DNA of 64,000 nucleotides from Bdellovibrionales bacterium (GCA_964230645.1 CAXRHT010000002.1:320001-384000); one strand, 5' to 3'. Positions 39,427 to 49,827 are shown, numbered from the stretch's first letter. A program made the numbers and translations. Notes: generated by a model not told the origin, from the sequence alone.

Positions 39427-40575
39427 TTACTTAAAATTGACTTCTTTTAGGTTTCTAAGAGCCGACTTAATGGTTTTGTTCTCTTTGGCAAAACAAAAGC
39501 GGATGAGCTTTTCGCCTTCATTTGATTTTAGGTAAAAAGGGGACATGGGGATGGTAGCCACCTGATTTTCTAAAATCAGTTTTTCACAGAACTCCCAATC
39601 TTTTATCCCAGGGGTTGAAACCACGCTGAAATAAGTGCCCTCAGGCTTAATCACAGAGGCATTGCAATCTTTCAGCCCGGAAACTAAAAGCTCCCTTTTT
39701 TGCGAGTAACTTTTTCTGAAGTCTTGCAAGTACTCTGGCCACTTTTCAAAACTTCTGGCTAGGGCCACCTGGAAAGGATGGGAGACACTAAAGCAAATGT
39801 ACTGATGCACTTTGTGAATGGTCTCTATTAAATGAGCCGGCCCACAGGCCCAACCCACCTTCCAACCTGTGAGACTTAAAGTTTTACCCACCGATGAGGT
39901 GGTCACAGTTCGCTGCTTCAATGACTCAAAAGCTGCGGTGGGAATAAATTCCTTATCAAAACTTAAATGCTCATAAACCTCATCACTTAAAATGTAAAAA
40001 TCATACTTCTCAGCCAATTGAGCAATTTCATTGATCTCCTCTTTGTCAAAAACTCGTCCCGTCGGATTATGGGGATTATTAAAAATAAGAAGTTTGGTTT
40101 TTTCACTCACCTGAGAGGCCAGCTCTTTAACGTCAATTCTGAAATCGGGAAGATGAAGGGTGACCGGTTTAAGCACCCCGCGGGCCATTTGCACCGAGGA
40201 GGCGTAAGAATCAAAAAGAGGTTCAAAGGCTATGACTTCATCGCCTGGCTCCACAAGGGCCTGTACCGTGGCGTAAATAGCCTCTGTGGCACCATTGGTG
40301 ATAAGCACCTCGTTCTCAGGATTATAGGTTAGATTATAAAGTTTTTGATAAAGAGAGGATATTTGCTCCCTCAAAGAATAAACACCAAAGGAGGGAGCGT
40401 ACTGGTTCTTCCCTTCCCCGAGAACTTTCCTGGTTTCCTCCAAAATCCACTCGGGAGCATCAAAGTCAGGAAAGCCTTGCGCTAAGTTGATGGCGCCATG
40501 CTTATTGGAAAGTTGTGTGATCGTCGAAAAAACGGATTGCTTAAGATTCTTTGCGGCGGGGTTGTGACTTTTCAT
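39427..40575 (-). CDS. PLP-dependent class I/II aminotransferase (YbdL-like)
   Basis: INLAQGFPDF, NQYAP, NNPHNPTG, SDEVYE, SVGKT.SLTGWKVG, IRFCFAK. Confidence 0.93.
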   Translation of the reverse strand: MKSHNPAAKNLKQSVFSTITQLSNKHGAINLAQGFPDFDAPEWILEETRKVLGEGKNQYAPSFGVYSLREQISSLYQKLYNLTYNPENEVLITNGATEAIYATVQALVEPGDEVIAFEPLFDSYASSVQMARGVLKPVTLHLPDFRIDVKELASQVSEKTKLLIFNNPHNPTGRVFDKEEINEIAQLAEKYDFYILSDEVYEHLSFDKEFIPTAAFESLKQRTVTTSSVGKTLSLTGWKVGWACGPAHLIETIHKVHQYICFSVSHPFQVALARSFEKWPEYLQDFRKSYSQKRELLVSGLKDCNASVIKPEGTYFSVVSTPGIKDWEFCEKLILENQVATIPMSPFYLKSNEGEKLIRFCFAKENKTIKSALRNLKEVNFK

Positions 40576-40684
40576 TGGGAAAGTATAGCATGACCGACTT
40601 TAGATGATAGACACAAGGCTCCCATAAGATCCTCAAACAAAATAGGAGACCTCACTTGGCCTCCTACTCTTTGAAATTCATACA

Positions 40685-42946
40685 TTATTTCTTTTTACTT
40701 TTTTGAGCTTGGCTACTCACCGCGCGAACGACTTTTTTCACTTCGTCCTCAGTCATAAAACTTCCCTGCAGCCTTTCAATGGCTTTACCTTGCGCCATAT
40801 AGAGCATATCTCCGTTACCAAGAAGTTTCTCAGCTCCAGGCTGGTCAAGAATAGTGCGAGAATCAATTCCAGAGGAAACCTTAAAGGAAACCCTTGTTGG
40901 GAAGTTGGTTTTGATAAGTCCTGTCACGATGTCACTCGATGGTCTTTGGGTCGCCATGACCATATGGATTCCAGCGGCTCGGGCTTTTTGAGCGATACGA
41001 GTAATTGGTCTTTCCACTTCTTGTCTTTGGGTGAGCATAAGGTCAGCCAACTCATCGATAACAATCACGATGTAGGGCATCTCTTCAAACTTCCAATCAA
41101 TTTTTTTATTCAGACGTCCCTCAACCGATCGTTTAGAACCTTTCTTTACAGCTTGGTTAAAGCTCACAATATTTTTTGACTGCATGTCGGCAAATATTTG
41201 ATAACGCTTATCCATTTCTTTTTCCGCCCACAATAGAAGATTTTTTGCTTCCTCAACATCGGTGATCACTGGCTTAAGTAAATGAGGGATGCCGTTATAA
41301 GGACTTAGCTCAATCATCTTTGGATCGATCATAAGAAAGCGAAGCTCCTTGGGCGATTTATGAAAAATCAAACCTGAGATCAAAGAATTCATAAAAACCG
41401 ATTTCCCTGAACCAGTGGTTCCTGAAACAAGAAGATGAGGCATTTTTGTTAAATCATTGACGTGAGCATTGTTATAAACATCCACTCCAAGAGGAATCGG
41501 TAGTTCAAGACTGCGTTTTTTCATGCATGTTGTAATAAGCTCGGAAAATCTCAGCATGGCCACTTCTTTATTGGGAACCTCAATTCCCACTGTGGTTTTT
41601 CCAGGTATGGGTGTGAGGATACGAATGGCTTTAGCTCCCAGAACCAGGGCGAGATCATCGCTTAAACTCTGAATTTTAGAAAGCTTCATTCCGGCAGCCG
41701 GCTGAAATTCAAACATGGTCAAAGTCACCCCTTGATGGGCGCCAATAATTTTTCCTTTGATGCCAAAACTTTCAAGACGCTCTTTCAAAACCTCACAAAC
41801 TTCGTTGATTTCTTTTTCTGTTTTTGTAGTTTTCTTCTCTGGCTTTTCAAGAAGACAGGTGTCTACTTTCTTATAGCGTTTGGTCCAAGTTTCGATTTCC
41901 ACTTCATCTTCTTGTTGGCTGGTATCCAGATTTTCTACAGAGGCTTTCTCCTCTTTTTCTTCATCAACCTTTTCCTCAGCTGTTTTTTTCTTTCTTGATT
42001 TTGTTTTTTTAGCCTCGGTTTCCGCTATTTTTGAATTGTCCGTTTTTGTTTCCTTTGGCTTCGTCGTCTCAACAGCAACGGGTTGCTCTACTGGTGGTTG
42101 AGCCTGGTCTTGGATCGAAACTTCTTCTTCACTACTTAAATTTCCAGCATTGGGTTGAACGTTCTCTGGCGTGTGAAAATGATCTGTGGTTAGGCGTCCA
42201 CCATAATAAGGACTGGTCGCCCAGTTTTTACGATGAAAGGACTGCACATCCATGTCACGTTTAAATGTAGACTGAGAGCTATTTTGTCCGGAGGAAGCGT
42301 ATTGAGGTTTTTGATCAATAAAATCAATCACCCCTTCACCCCATGACTTCAAGGCTTGTGGTCCTTGCTCTCTGACATTTTTAAAGATCTCTTGGAAAAT
42401 ATCTTTCATCACATAAAAAGAGTGCACGATTTCCATAAAACCGGCCGAAATTCCAATGATTGAAGTGAGGCAAAATAAAATAACAAGAGCTCCGTAAAGA
42501 CCAAAGCTTTGGTAAAGGATGCCTCCGATAACAGAGCCAAACCAACCGCCATAACCGTTTGCAAAAAGGTTTGATACATTCCAGGCGTTGTAAGCTTCAA
42601 GCACAGTTAAAAAACTTGAGATGAGGAGCATTACGGTAAAATAAAGCGCGAAACTTTTAAGGTACATTTTATAACCACGCACGAGATCACGCACGTAAAG
42701 AGCTGTTCCTAAAGTCATATGCCCCATATGAAGCACGAAGATCACAAAGAAAAAATAGGTGTAGCCAAAAGAGCTAAAACCTTTTTGGATCATGGCTGAA
42801 CCTGTGCTTCCAGCGGCGTTAATGAAATTTTGAGGACTCAAGGAAAGATAGAACAATCCGCCCACAGCAATGGAGAGCGAGAAAGTTATAGTCAGCAGAA
42901 ATATGATTTCCTGTAAGCGTGTTTCTAGTCGTGATATCTTCAGCAT
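40685..42946 (-). CDS. ftsK: DNA translocase FtsK/SpoIIIE family, without the C-terminal gamma domain
   Basis: 4-TM N-terminus, PIPGK..VGIEVPN, GTTGSGKS, IDPKM.EL, IDELADLM, ATQRPS, GAEKLLG.GDML. Confidence 0.9.
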   Translation of the reverse strand: MLKISRLETRLQEIIFLLTITFSLSIAVGGLFYLSLSPQNFINAAGSTGSAMIQKGFSSFGYTYFFFVIFVLHMGHMTLGTALYVRDLVRGYKMYLKSFALYFTVMLLISSFLTVLEAYNAWNVSNLFANGYGGWFGSVIGGILYQSFGLYGALVILFCLTSIIGISAGFMEIVHSFYVMKDIFQEIFKNVREQGPQALKSWGEGVIDFIDQKPQYASSGQNSSQSTFKRDMDVQSFHRKNWATSPYYGGRLTTDHFHTPENVQPNAGNLSSEEEVSIQDQAQPPVEQPVAVETTKPKETKTDNSKIAETEAKKTKSRKKKTAEEKVDEEKEEKASVENLDTSQQEDEVEIETWTKRYKKVDTCLLEKPEKKTTKTEKEINEVCEVLKERLESFGIKGKIIGAHQGVTLTMFEFQPAAGMKLSKIQSLSDDLALVLGAKAIRILTPIPGKTTVGIEVPNKEVAMLRFSELITTCMKKRSLELPIPLGVDVYNNAHVNDLTKMPHLLVSGTTGSGKSVFMNSLISGLIFHKSPKELRFLMIDPKMIELSPYNGIPHLLKPVITDVEEAKNLLLWAEKEMDKRYQIFADMQSKNIVSFNQAVKKGSKRSVEGRLNKKIDWKFEEMPYIVIVIDELADLMLTQRQEVERPITRIAQKARAAGIHMVMATQRPSSDIVTGLIKTNFPTRVSFKVSSGIDSRTILDQPGAEKLLGNGDMLYMAQGKAIERLQGSFMTEDEVKKVVRAVSSQAQKSKKK

Positions 42947-43125
42947 AGTTTCCTCTAAAAATTGATATTATACTCTTTTATAGAGGTGCAATCCCTACGC
43001 CAGCTCAGCATGCTTTAATTTCGATTTGAAAGTGCTCGTATCCCCCCTTTGACCTTCATTGACAAAAATTGACGCCAGTACGATCAGCTCTAATGCAATT
43101 AGCATCGTCTTCCGATAGAATATCT

Positions 43126-44439
43126 ATGGTGTCGCGTAGGAAATTTCTAGAAAAATTAATAGGATCTTATGGGGTCACTAGCCTCTTTGCAAGCCCAGCA
43201 ATGGCTCAATTTGTTCCTTTCTCATTTTGGAACAAGTCCAGCCGTGACTTTCGCGTGAAGGTGGGAACTTTCGACATGGGAACATCTCTAGCCGGGACCG
43301 ACTTAAGTATTTCCGGAACTGGTTTTGAACCTAAAGCATTAATTTTTTATCAAAATGGACGTTCCAATAGTACCGACTCGTTCGGAGACGCGGACACAAT
43401 GCTTGGAATGGGGTTTGCCACTTCATCGACCTCCCAATGTTGCATTTTCAACTACCTCGACGACAGAGATGATGACACTGCGACAGCGGCGGGACGATTC
43501 CTACGAGATGATGCTTGTGTTGGATCGGCTTTAGATCGTTCCACTATCGATGGTCTAATGTCACTTAAGTCAATGGACAGTGATGGATTCACCCTCACCG
43601 TTGATGATGCGTTTTCCTCTAACAAAAGATGTCATTATGTTGCCCTTGGAGGAGCCGCGCTCGAGGGGGTCTACCTGGATAGCTTTACCGAACCAAATTC
43701 TATCGGAAGTTTTGATGTCACAGGAGTGCCTTTTCAACCCGACACAGCCGTTTTTCTATCCCAGGGAAATAGCACTGCAAATACCAACGACACGAATGCC
43801 CTTTTTGTTTTTGGAGCGGCTAACGACACAAATCAGTTTCATACGGGATTTTTCTCGAATCACTCTACGGGTCATGTCTCGAGCTATTCCCGAGGAGGTG
43901 AATGCTGGTCCAATTTTTTCAACTCGACCGGAGTAGGAGATTTCTCCTCAAGAATATCTCTGACATCGTTTCTCTCTAATGGGATGCGTTTTAATTGTCA
44001 TGAACGCACGGGCAATCGCTTGATATATTATTTAGCTCTCAAAGGACCTCAAACTCATATTGGAAACTTTCAAAGCCGAACCGACACTAATAATATTACA
44101 GTCACGGGTCATAGTGGAAAACCAAAGGGAGGTTTGTTTTTAAGCCATTGCGCCCCTGAGTCCTCACTCGCTACAACCGACCAAGGATCAAAAATCAGTA
44201 TTGGTGCTGTGGACCAATTTCTTAATCAAACAGTAGTAACCTGCACCGACACCTATAATGACGACCCCAATATCATTGGGTCTTCGGTAGGCTACAATTC
44301 TATTTATAATCAGCTCGATTATACTGGTACGCTACAGGGTTCCATGAGAATCACAAGCCTCGATTCAGCAGGGTTTTCGGCCATTATGAGTGATCCAGAC
44401 CCATCTGCCGTTGATATTTTCTATCTCGTCTTTGGATAG
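43126..44439 (+). CDS. Tat-exported beta-rich protein with three internal repeats
   Basis: MVSRRKFLEK signal, AMA|QFVPFSFW, three repeats of about 130-140 aa. Confidence 0.8.
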   Translation: MVSRRKFLEKLIGSYGVTSLFASPAMAQFVPFSFWNKSSRDFRVKVGTFDMGTSLAGTDLSISGTGFEPKALIFYQNGRSNSTDSFGDADTMLGMGFATSSTSQCCIFNYLDDRDDDTATAAGRFLRDDACVGSALDRSTIDGLMSLKSMDSDGFTLTVDDAFSSNKRCHYVALGGAALEGVYLDSFTEPNSIGSFDVTGVPFQPDTAVFLSQGNSTANTNDTNALFVFGAANDTNQFHTGFFSNHSTGHVSSYSRGGECWSNFFNSTGVGDFSSRISLTSFLSNGMRFNCHERTGNRLIYYLALKGPQTHIGNFQSRTDTNNITVTGHSGKPKGGLFLSHCAPESSLATTDQGSKISIGAVDQFLNQTVVTCTDTYNDDPNIIGSSVGYNSIYNQLDYTGTLQGSMRITSLDSAGFSAIMSDPDPSAVDIFYLVFG

Positions 44440-44488
44440 ATCTTTTCTCCAAGTTTTTTTTACCTCTATTGATTTTTTTCGATACAAC

Positions 44489-45925
44489 CTAGAGACCACT
44501 AAAATAACCAGTCCCAGATCCCCATTTGGTAATAAGATTGCCACTATTATCAGTCACTCCGAACTTTCTACCTATCGCAGTAATAATGTGAGCGTGGTGC
44601 ATTCGATTTCCGATAAAACGTCCTGTGGAAATTTGCCCTCCTAAACTTCCGGCGGTCAGCCGACAAATGCCTCGCCCGTGAGGTTGGGCGTGAGAGGACC
44701 CATTGCCCATTCCCGAGCCAAACATAATCAGACTGTTATCGAGTAAGCTCATGCCATTACTCTCTGGGATAGCGTCCATTTTTTCCATAAGGTAGAGAAA
44801 TTTCCCCACATGCCATTTGTTCATTTCAATTAAACCTCTGCGCCCATCCTCATCAACGGCATGGGAAATGAGGTGAGCATTCGTATTGGCCGCGGGTCCA
44901 TTGTAACCTGGAATTCTGTCTCGGAGTGTATCGCCATTGTGTTCGGCATCAAGCATTTGAGTGGCCACTTGGGTGAGATTGCAAGAAAGTGCTAATACCA
45001 TAAGATCAAGCATATTCTTATTGCCGAGATCCAGATGGACTCTGCCATTACTTTTGATTTCATTTTTAAAAGGGTTGGTGTTGGTAGGCACATCGCACTG
45101 CTGTGAAGGTAGAGGATTCTCAGATTCTGAGGCGATGCCTCGTTCTACCTCTCTTATACTAGTCAAATACTGATCTAATTTTATTTTATCCGAAGCTCCG
45201 AGTTTTGTCTTTAAAGTATTGGCCTGCTGATAAACAAGATCAAGAACACTTTTGCGTGACTCCGCCAAATGGTCAATCTGACTCTCCCCTCCACTGCCCG
45301 GCTGATAATTAGAGAATAACGCCTTAAATACACTCATAGAGTTGGTATGGCGAGGCGCCACCTGGGACTGAGACTTCCAGGAAACATTGGCTAAAAAGAT
45401 ATTGGAGTTACGACCAGCATCTTTACTATTTGGCCCGTAAGTCATTGGGAAGGGGGCCATGATTAGGGGTTTACAACCCAGCTGCTCAGCTATGGCAATG
45501 TCCATTGATTTTGCAGGGTAGCGCAGTTTTAAAGCACCACCCTCATCGTTTCGAGTGTTTCTAACACCGGTCAGAAAACTTGCAATATTCGACCAATGAC
45601 CATCTTGTTTGTTAGCTAAATATTCTGGGTTGTGAAGTCCGTTGAAATAATTCAATTTACTTTGAAAAGAAGCTAGAGGCGAAAGACTTCTTGAAAGCTT
45701 CCAGTCAGAGATTGACTGCCCTGGTGTGCACTCCCAATAATTTTTATTCGTACCCGGCTCCCCGTATTGGAGAGCTCCATTAGAAAACCATAGGGTAATA
45801 AAACGCTTAGGCGCCTCAGCAGCATAGGCTCGACAGGGAATCATGGCTTCAAGAAAGGGTAAAGCAATGGTAATCCCCGCTCCACGCAGGAAAGTTCTTC
45901 GATCGATTTGCCAACTTTTCTTCAT
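44489..45925 (-). CDS. DUF1552 (HXXSHH) family protein, Tat-exported
   Basis: DRRTFLRGAG..IALPFLEAM, SVLD.V, LG.SD..KLDQY..SIRE.E, HLISH, LLDNS..MFGSGM.NG..H. Confidence 0.93.
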   Translation of the reverse strand: MKKSWQIDRRTFLRGAGITIALPFLEAMIPCRAYAAEAPKRFITLWFSNGALQYGEPGTNKNYWECTPGQSISDWKLSRSLSPLASFQSKLNYFNGLHNPEYLANKQDGHWSNIASFLTGVRNTRNDEGGALKLRYPAKSMDIAIAEQLGCKPLIMAPFPMTYGPNSKDAGRNSNIFLANVSWKSQSQVAPRHTNSMSVFKALFSNYQPGSGGESQIDHLAESRKSVLDLVYQQANTLKTKLGASDKIKLDQYLTSIREVERGIASESENPLPSQQCDVPTNTNPFKNEIKSNGRVHLDLGNKNMLDLMVLALSCNLTQVATQMLDAEHNGDTLRDRIPGYNGPAANTNAHLISHAVDEDGRRGLIEMNKWHVGKFLYLMEKMDAIPESNGMSLLDNSLIMFGSGMGNGSSHAQPHGRGICRLTAGSLGGQISTGRFIGNRMHHAHIITAIGRKFGVTDNSGNLITKWGSGTGYFSGL

Positions 45926-48234
45926 TGTGATCCACCTTGTTGTGTTCGAAAGCGAGGACTAGTTACGACTTTAACGATGAGATCAACAATCCCATCATTG
46001 GAAGTCATTTCATTGGAGATGCGTTCCACTTCACACTTATCAGCCGCGACCACTGGTCTACCGAGTCCATAACTTAACATTTTTTCAGTGATACATTTCT
46101 TAAATTTGCCGGCGCCTTTGCTTCCAAGAATATCAATAAGTCCTTCATGATTACTAAAACTTCCCATTTCCGGAAGATCACCATAAGCCTCGACAGCAAA
46201 ATTATTGGAGCTATAGTGTGTACGAAACTGCCCAACCGGATCAAAATGTTCCAGTCCGAAACCAATTGGGTCCATGGAGTAGTGACAACTGGCACACTGT
46301 GGATTGGCGCGATGAACAGCAATCTTCTCTCTTACCGATAGATCCGATACATCAATACTCTCATCGACAAAATCGGCCACATTATCAGGGGCGGCTGGGG
46401 GGGAGTCACAAAGAATATCAGCGAGCACAAAATGCCCTCTTTTTATGGGACTCGTCTCATCCTCCCCAGAGGTAAGGGCTAGAATTCCAGCGTGTGTTAA
46501 CACGCCTTTGCGGCCATCTGCCCCGACAAGACTTACCTTTTGAAACTCCTCTCCATTGACACCACCAATGTTGTAAAGCTCAGAAAGGTTTCCATCGATA
46601 AATGTATAGTTCGCATTTAATATTAGAAGTGGGTTTGCATTGCTTGCAATGAGGTCATAAAAGAATTCGTCCGTCTCCTGTTTCATGGACTGTTTTAAAC
46701 TGTTATCAAAATCATTGATAACAGTTTGGGATTTACTTAAGTCCATAATTTTGTCCGTGTGAAGCCATTGACCACTAAAGTTTTCCGCAAAACGACGGGC
46801 TTTGGCATGGGTGAGCATTCTTCGGGTTTGCTGTGCTAAAACCTGTGGTTCAGTCAAGCGACCGTTTTGCGCAAGGGCAAGTAACTCCTCATCAGGAACA
46901 CTGCTCCAGAGAAAAGTGGAAAGGCGCGTGGCTAGCTCATCACCGGTGAGATCATGTTTATAATTCGGATTGTCAGGCTCAGCCACATTCACAACTTGAT
47001 AAAGAAAGTGGGGAGATAGCAGAATCGACTCTAAGGCCAGTTGAAGAGAGTTTTCAAAAGATAGACCTTTTGATAGCGCTTGATTAGCGATCTGTATATG
47101 AGACTCAATCGGAGCAAAGCTTGCTGGTTTGCGAAAAGCCTTCTCAGCGAACTGCCTCACCTTAGTCTCAATACAAGATAGGTTTTGCGGCCCTGAAGAA
47201 TTAAACTCAAGGGAGACAACATCAACTTGCCGACTCTTATCAGCCAATGCATTCTCTAAATGCAGACCAATCTTATAGTTTTGATTGGCCGAAAATGAGA
47301 AGGGAACTGAGACTTCTTGTGGGGATTCTCCATTGATAACGATCCCTGATGCCACTGTATTGTCATTGATATTTATCTTTAATAATGGCCAAACACCACC
47401 ACTTTGCTTTCCACTGGCCTTAACTTTTAACTGATTATAATTTCTGTTTAATGCGGATCCTGGAACTTCAAACACCAACCAACTGGCTTGGTCTTGAGCT
47501 TTTGTTACAGGCTTAATGTTATTGCCATTTTCAAAGAGGTAGACATAGGGGGCAGACTTACTAACAAGGGTGCCTTGATTCGAGCTTCCACAATTAAGGA
47601 GAGGGCTTGAAGGCGCATTAAGGCTTCGCTGAATAGAAGCACCTGAAAACTCAAGAAGAGTCTGCGCTAGATCCGGAGTGAACAGTTGGTACTCTCCGTG
47701 AGTTTTAAAGCCATCAGGGGCTGCACCGTCGGCGGGAAAATTAATATCGGGCAATTCAGAAAGTTCAAGAAGATCTTTGACAGCTAACTGGTACTCCTTT
47801 GAATTAAAACGCCTTAAGGTAACAGGACTAGAAGTTTTATTGGTGCACTGCCCTCCTCCAAGTCCCGCCCATTTTTTTAAAGCCAAGACATCACAGTCCG
47901 AGACTCTTTCCATAGGAGGCGGAGGCATTGGAAGGGATTGACTTTCCATTCGCTCCACAATTTTTCCAAAGGTATCAAGATTATTTTTAGCAAAAGCCTC
48001 GGATTCAAAATCGAGAAGATTAAGACCGCCGGATGGATTTTCAGCTCCATGGCACCCCACACAGTTAGATAGAATCGGCCTAACATGAGTTTTAAAATCG
48101 ATTACCTCGGGATGGCCGCAAACACCAAGGCTATTAGCACCCAACTCTGCACTGGTGTCTTTTTGAAAACCAGGACCACAGGACTGATAAAGAAGAATGG
48201 CAGGAATTATTATAAAAAGCCATCGTAATGCCAA
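45922..48234 (-). CDS. DUF1592-family lipoprotein with N-terminal cytochrome c and DUF1587/1595/1592/1588/1585-type domains
   Basis: YQSC signal; CVGCH...MPPP; RRFN..EY; LSPHFLY; ATRLS.FLWSS.PD.EL; F.GQWL; TSPIKRG; CASCH..MDP.GF.LE.FD..G; YGLGR. Confidence 0.93.
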   Translation of the reverse strand: MALRWLFIIIPAILLYQSCGPGFQKDTSAELGANSLGVCGHPEVIDFKTHVRPILSNCVGCHGAENPSGGLNLLDFESEAFAKNNLDTFGKIVERMESQSLPMPPPPMERVSDCDVLALKKWAGLGGGQCTNKTSSPVTLRRFNSKEYQLAVKDLLELSELPDINFPADGAAPDGFKTHGEYQLFTPDLAQTLLEFSGASIQRSLNAPSSPLLNCGSSNQGTLVSKSAPYVYLFENGNNIKPVTKAQDQASWLVFEVPGSALNRNYNQLKVKASGKQSGGVWPLLKININDNTVASGIVINGESPQEVSVPFSFSANQNYKIGLHLENALADKSRQVDVVSLEFNSSGPQNLSCIETKVRQFAEKAFRKPASFAPIESHIQIANQALSKGLSFENSLQLALESILLSPHFLYQVVNVAEPDNPNYKHDLTGDELATRLSTFLWSSVPDEELLALAQNGRLTEPQVLAQQTRRMLTHAKARRFAENFSGQWLHTDKIMDLSKSQTVINDFDNSLKQSMKQETDEFFYDLIASNANPLLILNANYTFIDGNLSELYNIGGVNGEEFQKVSLVGADGRKGVLTHAGILALTSGEDETSPIKRGHFVLADILCDSPPAAPDNVADFVDESIDVSDLSVREKIAVHRANPQCASCHYSMDPIGFGLEHFDPVGQFRTHYSSNNFAVEAYGDLPEMGSFSNHEGLIDILGSKGAGKFKKCITEKMLSYGLGRPVVAADKCEVERISNEMTSNDGIVDLIVKVVTSPRFRTQQGGSQ

Positions 48235-48494
48235 GATTTCACCCCACCTTTAGAGCCCAAACTTAAACTCTTTTCGTCTTGTGTCTAGTATACAACACCC
48301 ATGCTAAAAATTAATGGGTTGTCTAGAATTGAGATCTAGAAATGTCCACTAAAAAGCATTCGAGGCAAGAGAGTCTTTTATTTTTAATCTGGGAGTTTTT
48401 TTCAGATTAACGAGTAAAATATTTCGGCCATGTTTTGTACATGGGAAGATAAAATCCCACTTAGACGGGACCCATAATTTTGAAATTTTCCAAT

Positions 48495-48523
48495 AAAAAA
48501 AGCCCTCAAAAAAAGAGGGCTTT
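48495..48523 (-). terminator. Intrinsic terminator
   Basis: AAAAAAAGCCCTC..GAGGGCTTT. Confidence 0.75.
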
Positions 48524-48556
48524 AAATAAAAAATTAGCCTGCGAAAGCAACCAACT

Positions 48557-49111
48557 TTATCCTTGCTCGATATGACCTAAAGAAACCATTTCGCCATCAA
48601 CAAAGTCGACCTGAAAACGAACTTGACCACTGAGGATAAGGGCGGCTGGCTCATTGTAGCCTCCAAGCTCTAGTGACTCTACCCAAAGGACGACGGCACA
48701 AGTCACTCCTGGCTCCATAACACTGGTGTAGTTTGCGTTTTCACAAGCTAGAAAATGAGTCTTAATTGTAAACTCTTTTCCCTCAGCAATCTGTGGTAGG
48801 GCTACATCGCGACCATAAGTTCCAACGTATTGAGCCACTTGGTGAATCAGTTGAGCTTGCTCACTGGGACTCATGTTTTGAGCCTTAGGAACAAAGCTCT
48901 TTACGTCCATAGTCGCATTGGTTTTTTCCTCAGAGAGAGTGGTGAAGACGAAATCAGGGTACTGAGTTTTATAAAGTTCGGTAACGCGGGAAATATCCAT
49001 TTTTTGGAATTTTTCAATGTACTGAGCCGTCTCACTGATGCTCAAGGGTGAGTTGGCCTGAGCGCCTACTGCGAACAATAAAACGACTAAAGAAAATAGG
49101 GTCTTTTTCAT
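48557..49111 (-). CDS. Secreted hypothetical protein
   Basis: AAGGA RBS; signal ending AQA. Confidence 0.85.
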   Translation of the reverse strand: MKKTLFSLVVLLFAVGAQANSPLSISETAQYIEKFQKMDISRVTELYKTQYPDFVFTTLSEEKTNATMDVKSFVPKAQNMSPSEQAQLIHQVAQYVGTYGRDVALPQIAEGKEFTIKTHFLACENANYTSVMEPGVTCAVVLWVESLELGGYNEPAALILSGQVRFQVDFVDGEMVSLGHIEQG

Positions 49112-49189
49112 ATTAAATCCTTTGTTTGTTGTTAAGTGGGTTTAAGTTTTGCAGGCAAACTGTCTCATTTTGGGGCATCTGTCAGGCTA

Positions 49190-49211
49190 TTTTTTTACTT
49201 TAGTAAAAAAA
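49190..49211. promoter_or_regulatory. Putative TetR operator palindrome
   Basis: TTTTTTTACT-TT-AGTAAAAAAA immediately upstream of the TetR gene. Confidence 0.5.
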
Positions 49212-49239
49212 ACATTTATATTAGTTAAAAAGGAAAAAA

Positions 49240-49827
49240 GTGGATAATCTTTTCATTCAGGACTCAGCCAAACAACTTATTCTCTCAGCCGCTTTGAAAT
49301 TTCTATACGAAAATCCGTCGGATCAATTGAGTCTAGCCTCCATAGCCCGCACGGCTAAAACTTCTAAACCACGAGTGGCCTATCATTTTAAAAATGTGAA
49401 TGAGGTATTTATTGAACTCTCTATGGCTTGGGCGAAAAGTGGTAAGTTTTTTACAGACCAATACCTGGGAAAACACCTTGGCTCGAGTCCCCATGAAATT
49501 ATAATTTTGATCGGTGATGCCACCTTTGAATGGCAAAAAAATAACCCGAAAATTGCTCACATCACTCCCCTGCTAATTCATCTGTCAAAAGTGAACGGGG
49601 AGATCCGTGTGATTATGGATCAAGCGATGGTAAAAGGTGTCGGTCGGATCGAGGACTTATTAAAAAAAGAAGGGAAATTTCCTAAAAAAGAAATGAGTAC
49701 AAGAGCCTTTAGTCTTCACAATACTATTATTGGAAGTTTTCTAGCTTCTCAAATATTGACAGAAAAAGGCCGCGCCGAGCAGAGAAAAAGACTTAATAAA
49801 TCTCTAATACTTCAGCTAAAGGTTTAA
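49240..49827 (+). CDS. TetR/AcrR family regulator
   Basis: ILSAA..F......SL..IA..A..SK..V.YHF. Confidence 0.88.
   Translation: MDNLFIQDSAKQLILSAALKFLYENPSDQLSLASIARTAKTSKPRVAYHFKNVNEVFIELSMAWAKSGKFFTDQYLGKHLGSSPHEIIILIGDATFEWQKNNPKIAHITPLLIHLSKVNGEIRVIMDQAMVKGVGRIEDLLKKEGKFPKKEMSTRAFSLHNTIIGSFLASQILTEKGRAEQRKRLNKSLILQLKV

Noticed and set aside
43126..44439. Prophage remnant
   Set aside because: A single virion-like gene with a Tat signal; no integrase, terminase or capsid genes nearby.
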